Shown here: one piece after another, positions 30,201-39,932 of the stretch
Position numbering within the stretch: position 1 is the first letter of the stretch
How the letters are laid out: each line of letters begins with the position of its first letter
From: Spirochaetota bacterium
Lineage (GTDB): Bacteria > Spirochaetota > UBA4802 > JAFGDQ01
Direction of reading: 5' to 3'
NCBI GenBank assembly: GCA_043803405.1
Contig: JAZDKB010000047.1
Location: 1-64,000 of the forward strand
DNA length: 64,000 bases
The notes under the pieces: model-generated
Databases searched by the model: none
Told to the model about the DNA's origin: nothing
What the model saw: the letters and a program-made list of their open reading frames with translations, nothing else
Made by a program: the position numbers and the translations under genes

Positions 30201-30700
30201 AGGACTCGGTGCGCAGGCTTAAAGGAGAAAGGCCGGTGTCGCTTTTCCGTACGCCTGTGTTCCTAAAGACGAACTTCTTTATTCCGGAAACGTACATAAC
30301 GGATGAAAAGCAGAAGATCGAGTTTTACAAGAGATTCGAGGCTTGCGAACTCGTAGAGGAGGTCGCCCAGCTTGAGCAGGAGCTCCTGGACAGGTTCGGG
30401 CCTCCGCCGGACGAAGTGAAGATACTGATCGAGCTTGAGAAGATCAGGGCGCTCGCTTCCTCGCTCGAGATCGAGGAGATCATCGAGGACTCCAAAGCGA
30501 TTAAGATCAGGATGTCGAAGAATACGCGCATTGATCCCAATGTGATCGTCTCCATCATACAAAAAGATAAAAGAATTGTCTTTGACCGCAAGGATAAAGA
30601 TATTTTGATATTTAATCCTAAAGCAACCCAGGAAGAAAAAAGGCTTGATGAGCTAAAAAAATGGTTGCAACAATTGTCCGCGCCTAATAACAACAACTAA
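27257..30700 (+). CDS. mfd: Transcription-repair coupling factor
   Basis: UvrB-like N-terminus, CarD/RID domain ([12 protein letters not shown]), [30 protein letters not shown] motif [12 protein letters not shown]. Confidence 0.98.
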   Translation: MILNQVTHIFEKSKEAAELFRDIKGGKKISVEGITESSFSLIISAVYDRHPEQMLVVAKNPQTMQEVYLDLSCFIDPDKVVMLPPWETLPYEFVSPSERVERERIAAIYKILKGDPLVVVTTVESLIRAVPCKDFLLKKGVTLNTGEEYPFDDILELLVSYGYSREYKVESFGQFSQKGGIIDVFLSSYQNPLRLDFFGDTLESIREFDAENQISYSKFESAVIYPRKELILFKSEREILLKNLIEQKMKKQEIPDKVIEYLEKGDHLAEISGVEDIFPLAIQADTLLSYFNKKRKIFFIETLDLSIEKDRLEHTFRELYKRKSAGIFALPPETLLHTEAFSAARDESIELRVFTTSADSLRLDIHGIPGFHGKVKTVREELSSKIENKWKIIICTQFEGQARRLYDLFSEFDPNSHFENMSPDNSLNILIAPLKAGFEIESLKLLVLTDHDIFGKAYRKKKQFKRKSSKPIESFLDLKAGDYVVHLNHGIGIFKGIERMSAGGVERDFLIINYADNDKLYVSLDQINMVQRYVGLDGKTPRIDSLGKKSAWNRIRDKVKESVEEIAKDLIEIYSKRQALRGFPFPPDTLWQEEFESKFEYEETQDQITAIEDVKDDMESQLPMERLICGDVGFGKTEVAIRAAFKAVMAGKQVAILVPTTVLAMQHFSTFKKRFIDYPVNIELISRLRTRTEINKSKAKMKTGEVDIVIGTHALLAKDILFKNLGLLVIDEEQRFGVQHKERLKKLRMLVDVLTLSATPIPRTLHMALAGIRELSMITTPPENRQSIDTYVLEENPDITRMAILTEIERGGQVFFVHNRVQTIEGVAESLQKLVPEAAFCVAHGQMHEHELEDIIIEFVDGKYDCMICTSIIESGLDMPNVNTIIINRAETFGLSQLYQLKGRVGRSSVKACAYLFYPRHIPLTEIQQKRLQVISEYSEIGSGFKIAMKDLEIRGSGNILGREQSGNIMEVGFDLYCQMLEDSVRRLKGERPVSLFRTPVFLKTNFFIPETYITDEKQKIEFYKRFEACELVEEVAQLEQELLDRFGPPPDEVKILIELEKIRALASSLEIEEIIEDSKAIKIRMSKNTRIDPNVIVSIIQKDKRIVFDRKDKDILIFNPKATQEEKRLDELKKWLQQLSAPNNNN

Positions 30701-30769
30701 AATTTGTTAAATAACTCAGACAGGATGATCTCTTTCAAAATAATTCGTAATCATTCATTGTGATGTCCG

Positions 30770-30905
30770 ACAAATGTCATAATAATCAGCAATTTTAAGG
30801 CGGCAGGATGCCGCCGCAAGCCGCTTCTTACAGGCGCAGTACTGAGCGCAGCGCAGTAATGTATGCATTAGCGGCGGGAAAATTGCTGATTATTATGACA
30901 TTTGT
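30770..30905 (+). repeat. Long-stem element with CAGGATG-loop hairpins, copy 1
   Basis: Perfect 27-bp terminal arms; inner GGCGGC-AGGAT-GCCGCC and GCCGCT...AGCGGC; core shared with 56063-56180. Confidence 0.8.
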
Positions 30906-30982
30906 TATTCTTAAGATTATATTAATTTTAAAAGAGCAGGCCGGATTGAGTAAATAATTAAAATTTCCAAAGGATAAACGAA

Positions 30983-31738
30983 ATGAAAATAAAAAAATCT
31001 TCAATCGTATTTTGCATTGTTATTTTTGCTGCTGCACTGTGTTTTTCATACATCGCATGCGGTGGCGACGGCGGTAAATGGGTTGCCAAAATAAAAGGCG
31101 ACGAAATAACCCTCGGCCAGCTTAATTCGCTTTATTATGCGCAGCAAAAATCATTATATAACGACGCAACAAACGCCGAAATCGACAAGCGCGCGGAGAA
31201 TCCGGAAGAGCTTTCAAAAAATCCCACACTGGATAAAAAAGAATTCCTTGAAAACGTAATCAGACAAAGACTTGTGTATAATAAAGCGATTGAAGACGGG
31301 ATACAGAAGAACAAGGAACTTGAAGCACTGATCCAGATGGCAAAGGAAGCCGTTGTTGTAGGCTTTTACGTAAAGGAAAAATTCAAGGATCAGATCAATG
31401 TAACAGACCAGGAAATAGCAAAAATATACTCCGACCAAAGAGCCCGGTTCAAAGGCGCACCGATAGACCAGGCAGAGCAGTATATCCGTCAGCAGATGAT
31501 GCAGCAGAAGCTTCAGATGAAACTGAGGGAATTTGTTGAAGCACTTAAAGAAGAAGGCGGAATAAAGAGAAATCTTGATGTGCTTGCGAAGAAAGATGAT
31601 TTTTCTAAAAAAGAAAATAAGGATAACGCGGTAAAGAAAGAAGCGGCTCCGGACAAGGACAAAAAGGACGCAGCAGTTAAAGCAGTAAAAGAACCTGTTA
31701 AAGAAGTTGCTCCGGTTAAAGTTGAACCAAAGAAATAA
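30983..31738 (+). CDS. Lipoprotein, LipL31 / SurA N-terminal-like foldase
   Basis: Lipobox SYIA-C; WVAKIKGDEIT, FLENVIRQRLVYNKAIEDG, VTDQEI; K/D/A/P-rich tail; follows mfd as I recall for Leptospira lipL31. Confidence 0.75.
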   Translation: MKIKKSSIVFCIVIFAAALCFSYIACGGDGGKWVAKIKGDEITLGQLNSLYYAQQKSLYNDATNAEIDKRAENPEELSKNPTLDKKEFLENVIRQRLVYNKAIEDGIQKNKELEALIQMAKEAVVVGFYVKEKFKDQINVTDQEIAKIYSDQRARFKGAPIDQAEQYIRQQMMQQKLQMKLREFVEALKEEGGIKRNLDVLAKKDDFSKKENKDNAVKKEAAPDKDKKDAAVKAVKEPVKEVAPVKVEPKK

Positions 31739-31794
31739 AAAGCTGATTGCTGTTAAAATTTAATTATTGATTCTATATGCGTAATATACTGAAA

Positions 31795-31824
31795 AAAATG
31801 TCCCTTCGGCCGGAGGGACATTTT
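31795..31824. terminator. Bidirectional terminator
   Basis: AAAATGTCCCTTCGG-CCGGAGGGACATTTT between convergent genes. Confidence 0.8.
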
Positions 31825-32059
31825 ATGTTTTATGGCGATTATATATTTCCTTTCTTACAGGGCAGCTGCATATTATGGAGTCTCCAAAATAAGTAATGTA
31901 ATTACATGTGGTTCTGGATTTATTATTAATAAAATGGATTTTATCGGATATAACACGTTCTATTTTACATAGATTATGAGCATCACTCTTTAAGCATGAA
32001 AAACTGGCATTGCATTTAATGGTAGCTTTAATTGTTTCGTCTTCTATTGTAAAGTTCAT
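31823..32059 (-). CDS. Small Cys-rich hypothetical protein
   Basis: 78 aa, six Cys, ending ICSCPVRKEIY. Confidence 0.7.
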   Translation of the reverse strand: MNFTIEDETIKATIKCNASFSCLKSDAHNLCKIERVISDKIHFINNKSRTTCNYITYFGDSIICSCPVRKEIYNRHKT

Positions 32060-32167
32060 ATTTGTTTCTTAAATCAATTATGTCTCACTGATTAAAAAGC
32101 TTAGCACATCAATGCAAAATAATAAAGAAAAATAAAAAAATTTTTAAATTATTAATTAAGTACTAAT

Positions 32168-32845
32168 GTGAATAAAATAAATCAAAAAAGTAATGAAGAA
32201 TTTATTGAAGAATGGGACTGGGAGAAAGCCGTACCCACAGGCAGGGCAGTTGAAAGAAACATTGCTCACAAAAACGGGATTGCCCATGAGGGCGTACATC
32301 TCTGGGTGCTGAGAATAAATGAGAAACCGGAACTCTTGTTCCAGCGAAGGTCAAAAGACAAAAATACATTCCCCGATTGTCTGGACATTACAGTCGGCGG
32401 CCATGTACCGTTCGGTATGAATGAAAATAAAATCCAGAAAGAATCCTTTGAAGAAATCGGGATATCGCCGCCTGATGAGTCATTGATAGATCTCGGCTGG
32501 TACAGATACGAAGAAAAATCTTACGGATTATTCCACCGCGAATTCCAGCAGGTGTTTTTACTCACAGATAACCGCGAGCTTAATCAATACACATTTACCG
32601 ACGGCGAAGTAACAGCTATTTTTGCCATTCCCATAATTGACCTGGAATTATTATTAAAAAAAGATTTTACTTTTTCCGTACAAGGTTATGAAAAATGCAG
32701 GTTGACTGAAAAGAAAGTTTCGAGAAAGGATTTTCATCCGCTGTTATTTAGCGATTCCATGAAAGAATATATGAAAGTGATAATTCAGGCTGCCAATGAC
32801 CTGGCTTTAAATAAAAAAACTACAGTAAGAATGCCGGGTATATAA
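32168..32845 (+). CDS. NUDIX hydrolase (IDI-like subgroup)
   Basis: AHEGVHLWV, LFQRRSKDKNTFPDCLDITVGGHV, KESFEEIGI Nudix box. Confidence 0.85.
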   Translation: MNKINQKSNEEFIEEWDWEKAVPTGRAVERNIAHKNGIAHEGVHLWVLRINEKPELLFQRRSKDKNTFPDCLDITVGGHVPFGMNENKIQKESFEEIGISPPDESLIDLGWYRYEEKSYGLFHREFQQVFLLTDNRELNQYTFTDGEVTAIFAIPIIDLELLLKKDFTFSVQGYEKCRLTEKKVSRKDFHPLLFSDSMKEYMKVIIQAANDLALNKKTTVRMPGI

Positions 32846-32846
32846 T

Positions 32847-35054
32847 ATGAATTTTTTTAAAATTTTAAAAGATATAATTTCACGTCTGCTCACGGCGAAA
32901 TTTTATTATCTTCCTGGCGTAATAATATTTTTCATTCTGTTCCTGATAAGCACATTTATGAATTTTGATTTTACGTATATGGGCAATAAAAATGAAAAGG
33001 TCATTGATCTTGTGATAGGCCATTATATCTTCACCGTCATTATGCAAAGCGTAAAAATTTTAACTCTATACCTGCTGATCGGCACTACACTGAATATTAT
33101 TTTTTATATCGCGGTTAAAGAAATACAGAGACGCTTTAAGCTGTTTAAAAAAAGCGAAGAAAAATATATATTGCTGTACACCATTATTCTTATTATTCTT
33201 TATGTATTTTTTACTTTTTCTCAAAAGCTGATACAGAATCCGCAGCCTTATGTTGAAAATTTCGCTTCTCATGCGGCTCTCTTTAAAAGTTATTTGTTTC
33301 TGTTAACCGACAAAGTCAATCCTGTTATATTTAATATTCTTACATATCTGATTTTAATTTCAGCATTGTCGTTTATTATTATATCAATTAACTGGAAAAT
33401 ATTTTTAAATATATTTAATGCATCACATTTCAGGAATTCCGGGCAAATAATTTTTCTTATTGCCGCACTAGGCATATTTGCTTTTCTTTACGCAGAAGAT
33501 ATTATTCTTTTCAATCATTCAAAAGATAAACCGAATTTACTTGTTTTATCATCCGACGCTCTAAGGCCGGATCACATGAGCTTTAACGGCTACAGGAAAA
33601 ATACAACTCCCAACATTGATGCTTTAGCCAAAGAATCAATCCAGTTCAGGAAAGTTTTTACAGCCCTGCCAAGGACTTTTCCTGCCTGGGTCAGCATTCT
33701 GACTTCCAGATATCCGATGACACACGGAATAAATCACATGTTCCCGCGTACAAGGGATAGATACGTAAAGCTCGATACGGCAGTCGATTATTTTAATGAA
33801 CGCGGCTACAGAACTGCGGTAATATCGGATTTTGCGGGCGATATATTTCCCAGAATAGATCTTGGATTTGCAAAAATAAAAGCGCCGGAAATGAATATGC
33901 CTGTATTGATAAAACAAACCCTGCTTGAGAAACAGACATTTTTGCTGCCGTTCATTTCCGGAAAATTAGGCATGATTATTTTCCCGGAAATGAGGGACAT
34001 GTCGAAACTCTCATTCCCGGAATTCATGACTGATGAAACAATAAGCGAGATCAATTCATGCAGGGGCGAGCCATTCTTTATTACAACATTTTTTTCGATA
34101 ACTCATTTCCCATTTTCAGCACCTTATCCCTATTATAAGAAATATGCAGTCCCGGGATATGACGGCCCATATAAATATTTTAAAGACAGAATAATCCGGG
34201 CCGATAACAGTAATTCTTCATCGCAGGATGTTACTTCAAAAGATAAAGAGCAGGTAAATGCTTTATACGACGGATGTTTGAATAATCTTGACAATGAAAT
34301 CGGCAGAATAGTGGATTTTTTGCGAAAGAAAAAAATTCTGGATAACACAATAATAATAATTACTTCGGATCACGGGGAAAATCTTTACGAAAAGGAATTC
34401 GGGATGGGACACGGCGAGCATCTCAAAGGAAATTATTCGCTGGAGATCCCGTTTATTGTATATTACTCGAAACTGAAAGATAAGGGGAAGACTATAGAAA
34501 CAGCATCGAGCGCCATAGATATTATGCCGACTGTTTTTGATGTTGCGGGATTGAAAGAAAAGCCTGCGTATTTTGACGGGATTTCTATTCTGAAAAAACT
34601 TAAGGATGCCGGCAATGCTTCCGCGAGCCGGTTCCCTGACGCGTATTGCGAAACCGGTATGTGGTTCGATAACGATAAATCGTCGCCTCTTTTCTTTCAT
34701 CACCAGAGAATTGATTATCCGGACATATCCGGGGTATCCGAAATAGATTTCAGCTATAAAGATGAAGTCGTGATTTCGCAGAAGTATCAGAACATTGTCA
34801 ACGGAGCGAAATACAGGGCAATTTATTCCGGCAGATACAAATTGATCTACATACCGCTTGCAACCGGACCCAGATTTGAACTGTACGATTACAAGAGCGA
34901 TCCGGATAACGAAAGAGATTTATCAGTTGAAAGAAACGATGTTCTTAATATTTTAAAAACAAAATTTTATGAGTTTATGGATGAAAAAAGTGCGGGAAAT
35001 TTTATCATCAAGAACGGTCTTCTTTTCCCGGCTTATGCAGATCCTGTGTTCTAG
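32847..35054 (+). CDS. Membrane-anchored sulfatase/alkaline-phosphatase superfamily protein
   Basis: About 5 N-terminal TM; PNLLVLSSDALRPDH, PRTFPAW, THFPF, ITSDHGE. Confidence 0.85.
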   Translation: MNFFKILKDIISRLLTAKFYYLPGVIIFFILFLISTFMNFDFTYMGNKNEKVIDLVIGHYIFTVIMQSVKILTLYLLIGTTLNIIFYIAVKEIQRRFKLFKKSEEKYILLYTIILIILYVFFTFSQKLIQNPQPYVENFASHAALFKSYLFLLTDKVNPVIFNILTYLILISALSFIIISINWKIFLNIFNASHFRNSGQIIFLIAALGIFAFLYAEDIILFNHSKDKPNLLVLSSDALRPDHMSFNGYRKNTTPNIDALAKESIQFRKVFTALPRTFPAWVSILTSRYPMTHGINHMFPRTRDRYVKLDTAVDYFNERGYRTAVISDFAGDIFPRIDLGFAKIKAPEMNMPVLIKQTLLEKQTFLLPFISGKLGMIIFPEMRDMSKLSFPEFMTDETISEINSCRGEPFFITTFFSITHFPFSAPYPYYKKYAVPGYDGPYKYFKDRIIRADNSNSSSQDVTSKDKEQVNALYDGCLNNLDNEIGRIVDFLRKKKILDNTIIIITSDHGENLYEKEFGMGHGEHLKGNYSLEIPFIVYYSKLKDKGKTIETASSAIDIMPTVFDVAGLKEKPAYFDGISILKKLKDAGNASASRFPDAYCETGMWFDNDKSSPLFFHHQRIDYPDISGVSEIDFSYKDEVVISQKYQNIVNGAKYRAIYSGRYKLIYIPLATGPRFELYDYKSDPDNERDLSVERNDVLNILKTKFYEFMDEKSAGNFIIKNGLLFPAYADPVF

Positions 35055-35070
35055 TGCTTAGACCGTATGA
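35051..35070 (+). mobile_element. Solo terminal repeat of the 1101/58961 MITE family
   Basis: CTAGTGCTTAGACCGTATGA; its TAG is the stop codon of 32847..35054. Confidence 0.55.
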
Positions 35071-35093
35071 TCTTGATTTAAAAAGTATTTTAA

Positions 35094-37571
35094 ATGAATT
35101 TAAAAAGAAAACATAAAATAATATTTTTAATCCTGCTTGTTTTTATATTATTCTTATCTGCGTTTTACATCTGGCAGGCTTTTATTTTTTTTCCGAATGA
35201 TTATAAAATAACAAAAGAAGAAGCGCAAAAGACAGAAGATGTACCCGGGTCGCAGGTGATCGCATTTTCTTTGATCGACTTGCTGGGCAATGCAGAGATC
35301 AGCGGATACAACAATCAAAAAACCCTTAAGATTTTAAATACCCTGAAAGATAATAATTATCTTATAAAAGATGATCCTTTCATTAAAAACGCACAGCGGA
35401 ATCTTTGCTTCAGGGCAGGCACAGGTTTTCCGGGGATATGGATTGACGAAAGATCCTCTATTATTATACCCGATAAAGCGGCAATTGCTTTTTACTTAAA
35501 TCCGGATAAAGCTCCAATGCTGGAATTCTCCGCAATATCATTGCTTGAAGGAGGCTCCGTCAATATAGAGGTATCAGCATTAAACGGCGAAAAAATAACG
35601 CATTCTTATAACATTAAAAAATATGAACATAAATATTCGTCTAAAGATGCTGCGATTAAATGGAGCAATATAGGCTATAAAAAAGCAAGGGAAGATACAG
35701 GCTGGCAGGAATTCAGAATTGATTTGAAAAAATTTTCCGGATTAAGCACGAAGATCTTATTTTCTTTCAAATCGGATAAAGATGATAAGGGAGTCGTATT
35801 TCTTGCTAATCCCAGAATATTCAAAATATCGGAAAAGAGACGTTACAATGTAATATATCTTGTATTTGACGGTGTTTCCACAAGGCACTGGAGTTTTTAT
35901 AATGAGCGTTCAAATCTCACTCCCTATATGAAAAAAATAGCTGAAAAAGAATTCGTCGTATTCGACAATATGTTCAGCCTGGGCAACAAAACGCGCATAT
36001 CAACTGCCGGGCTTTTTTCTTCAGTACTGCCTTATAACACAAGGCACGGTATAAACAGAAATTATATTCCTGAAAATGAAAAGGAAAATTATTACAAATT
36101 AGTCCGATCGGGAGCGCTTGCTTCGATGCCGGATGTATTCAGAAAGAACGGATATATTGCGGAGCAATTCGGCAACAGCGGCTTCACTGTGCACCTACTT
36201 TCAACCGGCGTGGATTACGGCTTTGAAAAGTCTTATGAGTTCTCATATAACCCGTATGATTCTTACGGAATCTCGCACAATCTTTTTAAGTTTTTAAGAA
36301 AAAATAAAAGCAGGGAATTCTTTTTGTATCTTCATTATAATACTCCTCATAAGCCTTTTTATGCCCCGATCAATTATTTTTTCACCGGGTTTATTAATGC
36401 TCCGTTTGAATGTTTGTGGCGGCCTGATTTTATGGGATGTATAAGTTATACGGACGATGTATTCAAGAATATTTATTTAGCTTTAAGAAGCAATAACCTT
36501 CTTGAAAATACGATTTTAATTGTCGCAACAGATCATGGAGCGGGCTATGATATTAAAAAATTCGACAGCGGATTTATGTATAATGATTACACCAGAATGA
36601 CATTCATGATGCGGCTGCCGGAGAAATTAAAAAAGAATTATAATATAAATGAAAAACGCATAGCAACATATATCTCTTCGATTAATACAGCGCCGACACT
36701 GGTCGATCTTTGCGGATTAAATAAAGTACAGGCATTTAAAGGCAGGAGTTATTTAGATGTTTTAAACAAAACATATTCAAAACAATTTTTTGATAATGAG
36801 ATATGGTGCTTTGACAGAAAGGCAGTTTCGGTTATTACAGACGATATGTACAAATATATCTTAACTTTTCCCGACGGAAACAGGATGGTAAAATGGGAGA
36901 ATGGTTTCTGGGGAGAGCAGAAAGAGATACCTTATGAAGAGATTTATGATTTGAAGAGCGATAGTGAAGAAACGCGCAATTTAATTCATAAGAACAAACC
37001 AATACTGAAAAAGTTCCGAAATATTTATTTTAGTAATGATATACATCATCCGGAAAGGACAGTTCTATATTTTTTAAACAATAATAAAGATAAGTCAAAC
37101 ATTGAAGTAGATATATTTAGTCAATCGAAACTTACAGATGTCTCATTATATACGGAAAAACTTCAGAAACTGGATACGCTAAAAATTCTGATGTCGGGTG
37201 CGACCACCCGGCTGGCATTTGAACTGGATGCAAACCCTTTATATCTTACTTTCGAAAACGAAAACGACAGGTCTCCGTTATCCGTATTAATTAAATCCGA
37301 CGGCAGGCTTTTGGACAAGAGCCAGATATATGCTACTTATTTAAATCTGAATATATTCGGGAACCCAGTAAATCTGGCTGATAAAAAGGATTTTTTTCTG
37401 CTTAATGAAACTCGGCTTGCTTCAAAAACTGATTTAATTATCAAAAAAAATCTGTCTGTAAAAATTTCCAGGATTGACCTTCACAGGTGGATTGACATCG
37501 GGAATCTTGAAACTTCCGGCATTTCTGCCGGTATGAAAGAGACATTAAAATCCTGGGGCTATATTCAGTAA
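35094..37571 (+). CDS. Sulfatase/alkaline-phosphatase superfamily protein with N-terminal anchor
   Basis: YNVIYLVFDG, NKTRIST, HYNTPHKPF, VATDHG; C-terminal ETLKSWGYIQ. Confidence 0.82.
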   Translation: MNLKRKHKIIFLILLVFILFLSAFYIWQAFIFFPNDYKITKEEAQKTEDVPGSQVIAFSLIDLLGNAEISGYNNQKTLKILNTLKDNNYLIKDDPFIKNAQRNLCFRAGTGFPGIWIDERSSIIIPDKAAIAFYLNPDKAPMLEFSAISLLEGGSVNIEVSALNGEKITHSYNIKKYEHKYSSKDAAIKWSNIGYKKAREDTGWQEFRIDLKKFSGLSTKILFSFKSDKDDKGVVFLANPRIFKISEKRRYNVIYLVFDGVSTRHWSFYNERSNLTPYMKKIAEKEFVVFDNMFSLGNKTRISTAGLFSSVLPYNTRHGINRNYIPENEKENYYKLVRSGALASMPDVFRKNGYIAEQFGNSGFTVHLLSTGVDYGFEKSYEFSYNPYDSYGISHNLFKFLRKNKSREFFLYLHYNTPHKPFYAPINYFFTGFINAPFECLWRPDFMGCISYTDDVFKNIYLALRSNNLLENTILIVATDHGAGYDIKKFDSGFMYNDYTRMTFMMRLPEKLKKNYNINEKRIATYISSINTAPTLVDLCGLNKVQAFKGRSYLDVLNKTYSKQFFDNEIWCFDRKAVSVITDDMYKYILTFPDGNRMVKWENGFWGEQKEIPYEEIYDLKSDSEETRNLIHKNKPILKKFRNIYFSNDIHHPERTVLYFLNNNKDKSNIEVDIFSQSKLTDVSLYTEKLQKLDTLKILMSGATTRLAFELDANPLYLTFENENDRSPLSVLIKSDGRLLDKSQIYATYLNLNIFGNPVNLADKKDFFLLNETRLASKTDLIIKKNLSVKISRIDLHRWIDIGNLETSGISAGMKETLKSWGYIQ

Positions 37572-37741
37572 TCAGTGAATTAGTTGCATCAACAGCTGGC
37601 TATAAATATGAAAAATATTTATTGACTTTACAATTAATTTAATAATATAGTAATTATCGTATTTAATACTTTTAGAGCATATCCTAAAATAAATACATTC
37701 AATATGCACTTATAATAATATAGTCATAAGGAGGATCATCA

Positions 37742-38314
37742 ATGAAAAAGTTTGCATTATTGTTATCACTGGCATTTTTAATTACAGCGTGCGGCGGAGG
37801 GACTCAATACAGGGACCCTGCAAAAGACAAAGGATCAGCTGAATTCGGACCAAAAGAAATAAAGATGACAGTCAACAAACTGGCCGGCTCAATGTATGTA
37901 TTTCTAAAGGATGACTGGAAACAGGCAGCATTTCTGCAGGTGAAAAAATTCAGGAACAAAACTTCCGATCACAGCATCGACACTCAGCTTATATCAAATG
38001 AAATTGCTGAATATTTAATTAAAAAAAGAATATATTTCATTGATGATTCATTAACAAAAGAAGCTATAGAAGAAATGCAGAAAGGCATGACCGGCCTCAT
38101 AGATCCGGAAGCAGCGATTCCGGTCGGCATGATGAAGTCGCCTAATCTGTATCTCACAGGCGAAGTAAATGACAACAACAGGACAGTTGACGGAAAAAGA
38201 CTTCAGTACCTTGTTATTTCCATGAAATTGGTTAACGTTAAAACAGGCGTAGACGTATGGCGCGATAAACAGGAATTTCTTAAAGCTACATCGAAAAATA
38301 AAGTATCTTTTTAA
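37742..38314 (+). CDS. LpoB/YcfM-like lipoprotein
   Basis: Lipobox ITA-C; FRNKTSDH-IDT; MKLVNVKTGVDVW; RBS GGAGGA. Confidence 0.75.
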   Translation: MKKFALLLSLAFLITACGGGTQYRDPAKDKGSAEFGPKEIKMTVNKLAGSMYVFLKDDWKQAAFLQVKKFRNKTSDHSIDTQLISNEIAEYLIKKRIYFIDDSLTKEAIEEMQKGMTGLIDPEAAIPVGMMKSPNLYLTGEVNDNNRTVDGKRLQYLVISMKLVNVKTGVDVWRDKQEFLKATSKNKVSF

Positions 38315-38339
38315 CTAAGTCAGTACAGGGACAATATAA

Positions 38340-39740
38340 ATGAAGAATGGAATAATGCGCAGTATTCTGTTTGTAATTATATTTGCAATTGCCGGATGTT
38401 CGACAGATTACAATACTTTAATAAAGGATTCCGAAAACGAATTCAATAAAAATAATTACATGAGAGCGGCAGAGAAAATGCTCCCGTACATTAATAAAGA
38501 AGATAACAACCAGCTTCTGTATATGATGGAATGCGGATTAATGCTTCATGCTGCGGGCGAATACGAAAAGAGCAATAAGATATTTATTGAAGCTGCTAAA
38601 CTGGCTAACAGAATCGCGACCAGTTTGCGTAAAGAAGCGGCAGCTCTTTTGCTTAATGAGACAAAGACGAATTATAAAGGAGAGGATTTTGAAGTTGTCC
38701 TGATCCACATGTATATGGGCATAAATTATCTCATGCTTAATAATGCCGATAACGCGCGTATTTCATTTAAAAAAGTAAATGATTTGCTCAGGGAAATAAA
38801 TCTAATTTCAGGAAAGGATTACAAGCAAAATTTGATGGCAAAGTACCTGACAGCAATAGCTTTTGAATTGTCCGCAAAAGTAAATAAAGATGAGAACGAT
38901 ACTGAATTTGCTTATATCGAATATAAACAAATTCATGAACTTGATCCTAAGCTTGAAATGGTTTACGGCGATCTGCAAAGACTGGCTCTTATGCTTGGCG
39001 ATAAAGATGACTATAATAAATGGACTGCCAAATTCGGAAAAAAATATAATACGCCGAGAGATGCCGGGGAGCTGATTGTTTTCTTCCAGGCAGGACAGGG
39101 CGCAATAAAGGCTAGCAGAGGATCGCTTCTTAGTGACGCGAAAATGAAGAACGGAGTTACCGTATCATTAAATGGCATGCCTTTAAAAGCCGGTGTTACA
39201 GTCGCAGGTGCTTTAATTGCATTAAAAATAGCGGAACACCCCATACCGGTATTTAAAAAAAGGTCCAATAAAATAAGACAGCTAGCTATAAATTTGAATG
39301 GCTACGATATGGTAAGCACCCTTATGCTTGAAGATATTGAGAATACAGCGTTAAAAAATATGGAAGATGATTATTCCAGGATGTATATGAAAGTAGCTGC
39401 GGGCATTGCTGTTAAGGCAGCGGCATCTATTGCTGCCGGAATCGCAGCAAAAGAGGCTGCAGAAAGATTCAAAAAAGCAAGCCCGTATGCTGGTGTCATA
39501 GGATTAGTTGTGGGAGCAGGGACGGGCAGTGCTCTTGCCTCTCAGATAAAGCCCGACCTTCGGTGCTGGCACAGCCTGCCTGCCAACCTTCAAATCGGCA
39601 GACTTTTCCTGAAACCCGGAGTGTACAATATTGCTGTTAAATATATTGACTACAACGGAAAAATAAACGATACCAGGACAAATAAAATCGAAATTAAAAA
39701 GGGTGAAAAAGCTTTCCTTAATTACAGGACTGTGTATTAA
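38340..39740 (+). CDS. COG3014-type TPR-like lipoprotein
   Basis: Lipobox IAG-C; YKGEDFEVVLIHMY; PDLRCWHSLPANLQ; the usual neighbour of LpoB-like genes. Confidence 0.75.
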   Translation: MKNGIMRSILFVIIFAIAGCSTDYNTLIKDSENEFNKNNYMRAAEKMLPYINKEDNNQLLYMMECGLMLHAAGEYEKSNKIFIEAAKLANRIATSLRKEAAALLLNETKTNYKGEDFEVVLIHMYMGINYLMLNNADNARISFKKVNDLLREINLISGKDYKQNLMAKYLTAIAFELSAKVNKDENDTEFAYIEYKQIHELDPKLEMVYGDLQRLALMLGDKDDYNKWTAKFGKKYNTPRDAGELIVFFQAGQGAIKASRGSLLSDAKMKNGVTVSLNGMPLKAGVTVAGALIALKIAEHPIPVFKKRSNKIRQLAINLNGYDMVSTLMLEDIENTALKNMEDDYSRMYMKVAAGIAVKAAASIAAGIAAKEAAERFKKASPYAGVIGLVVGAGTGSALASQIKPDLRCWHSLPANLQIGRLFLKPGVYNIAVKYIDYNGKINDTRTNKIEIKKGEKAFLNYRTVY

Positions 39741-39932
39741 TATCCTATCCAAACCTGGACAAATAATTAAGCTTGAAAAGCAGTCCTGTTCTTTAATTAT
39801 AATTAGTCCTTGACATAAACAAAAACAAATTTTTAGTCTAAGCCTCACTGGAAACAATCTTGATTTTGCCTCTCATTTCAAATAAATAAATAGTTTTAGT
39901 TTGCACTCTAAATTATTTCAATATAATTCATT

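Noticed and set aside
27172..30696. Numerous antisense and alternate-frame ORFs over mfd (likewise over htpG, RND, dctM and the Mo subunit)
   Set aside because: Shadow ORFs of well-supported genes, with no motifs or RBS.
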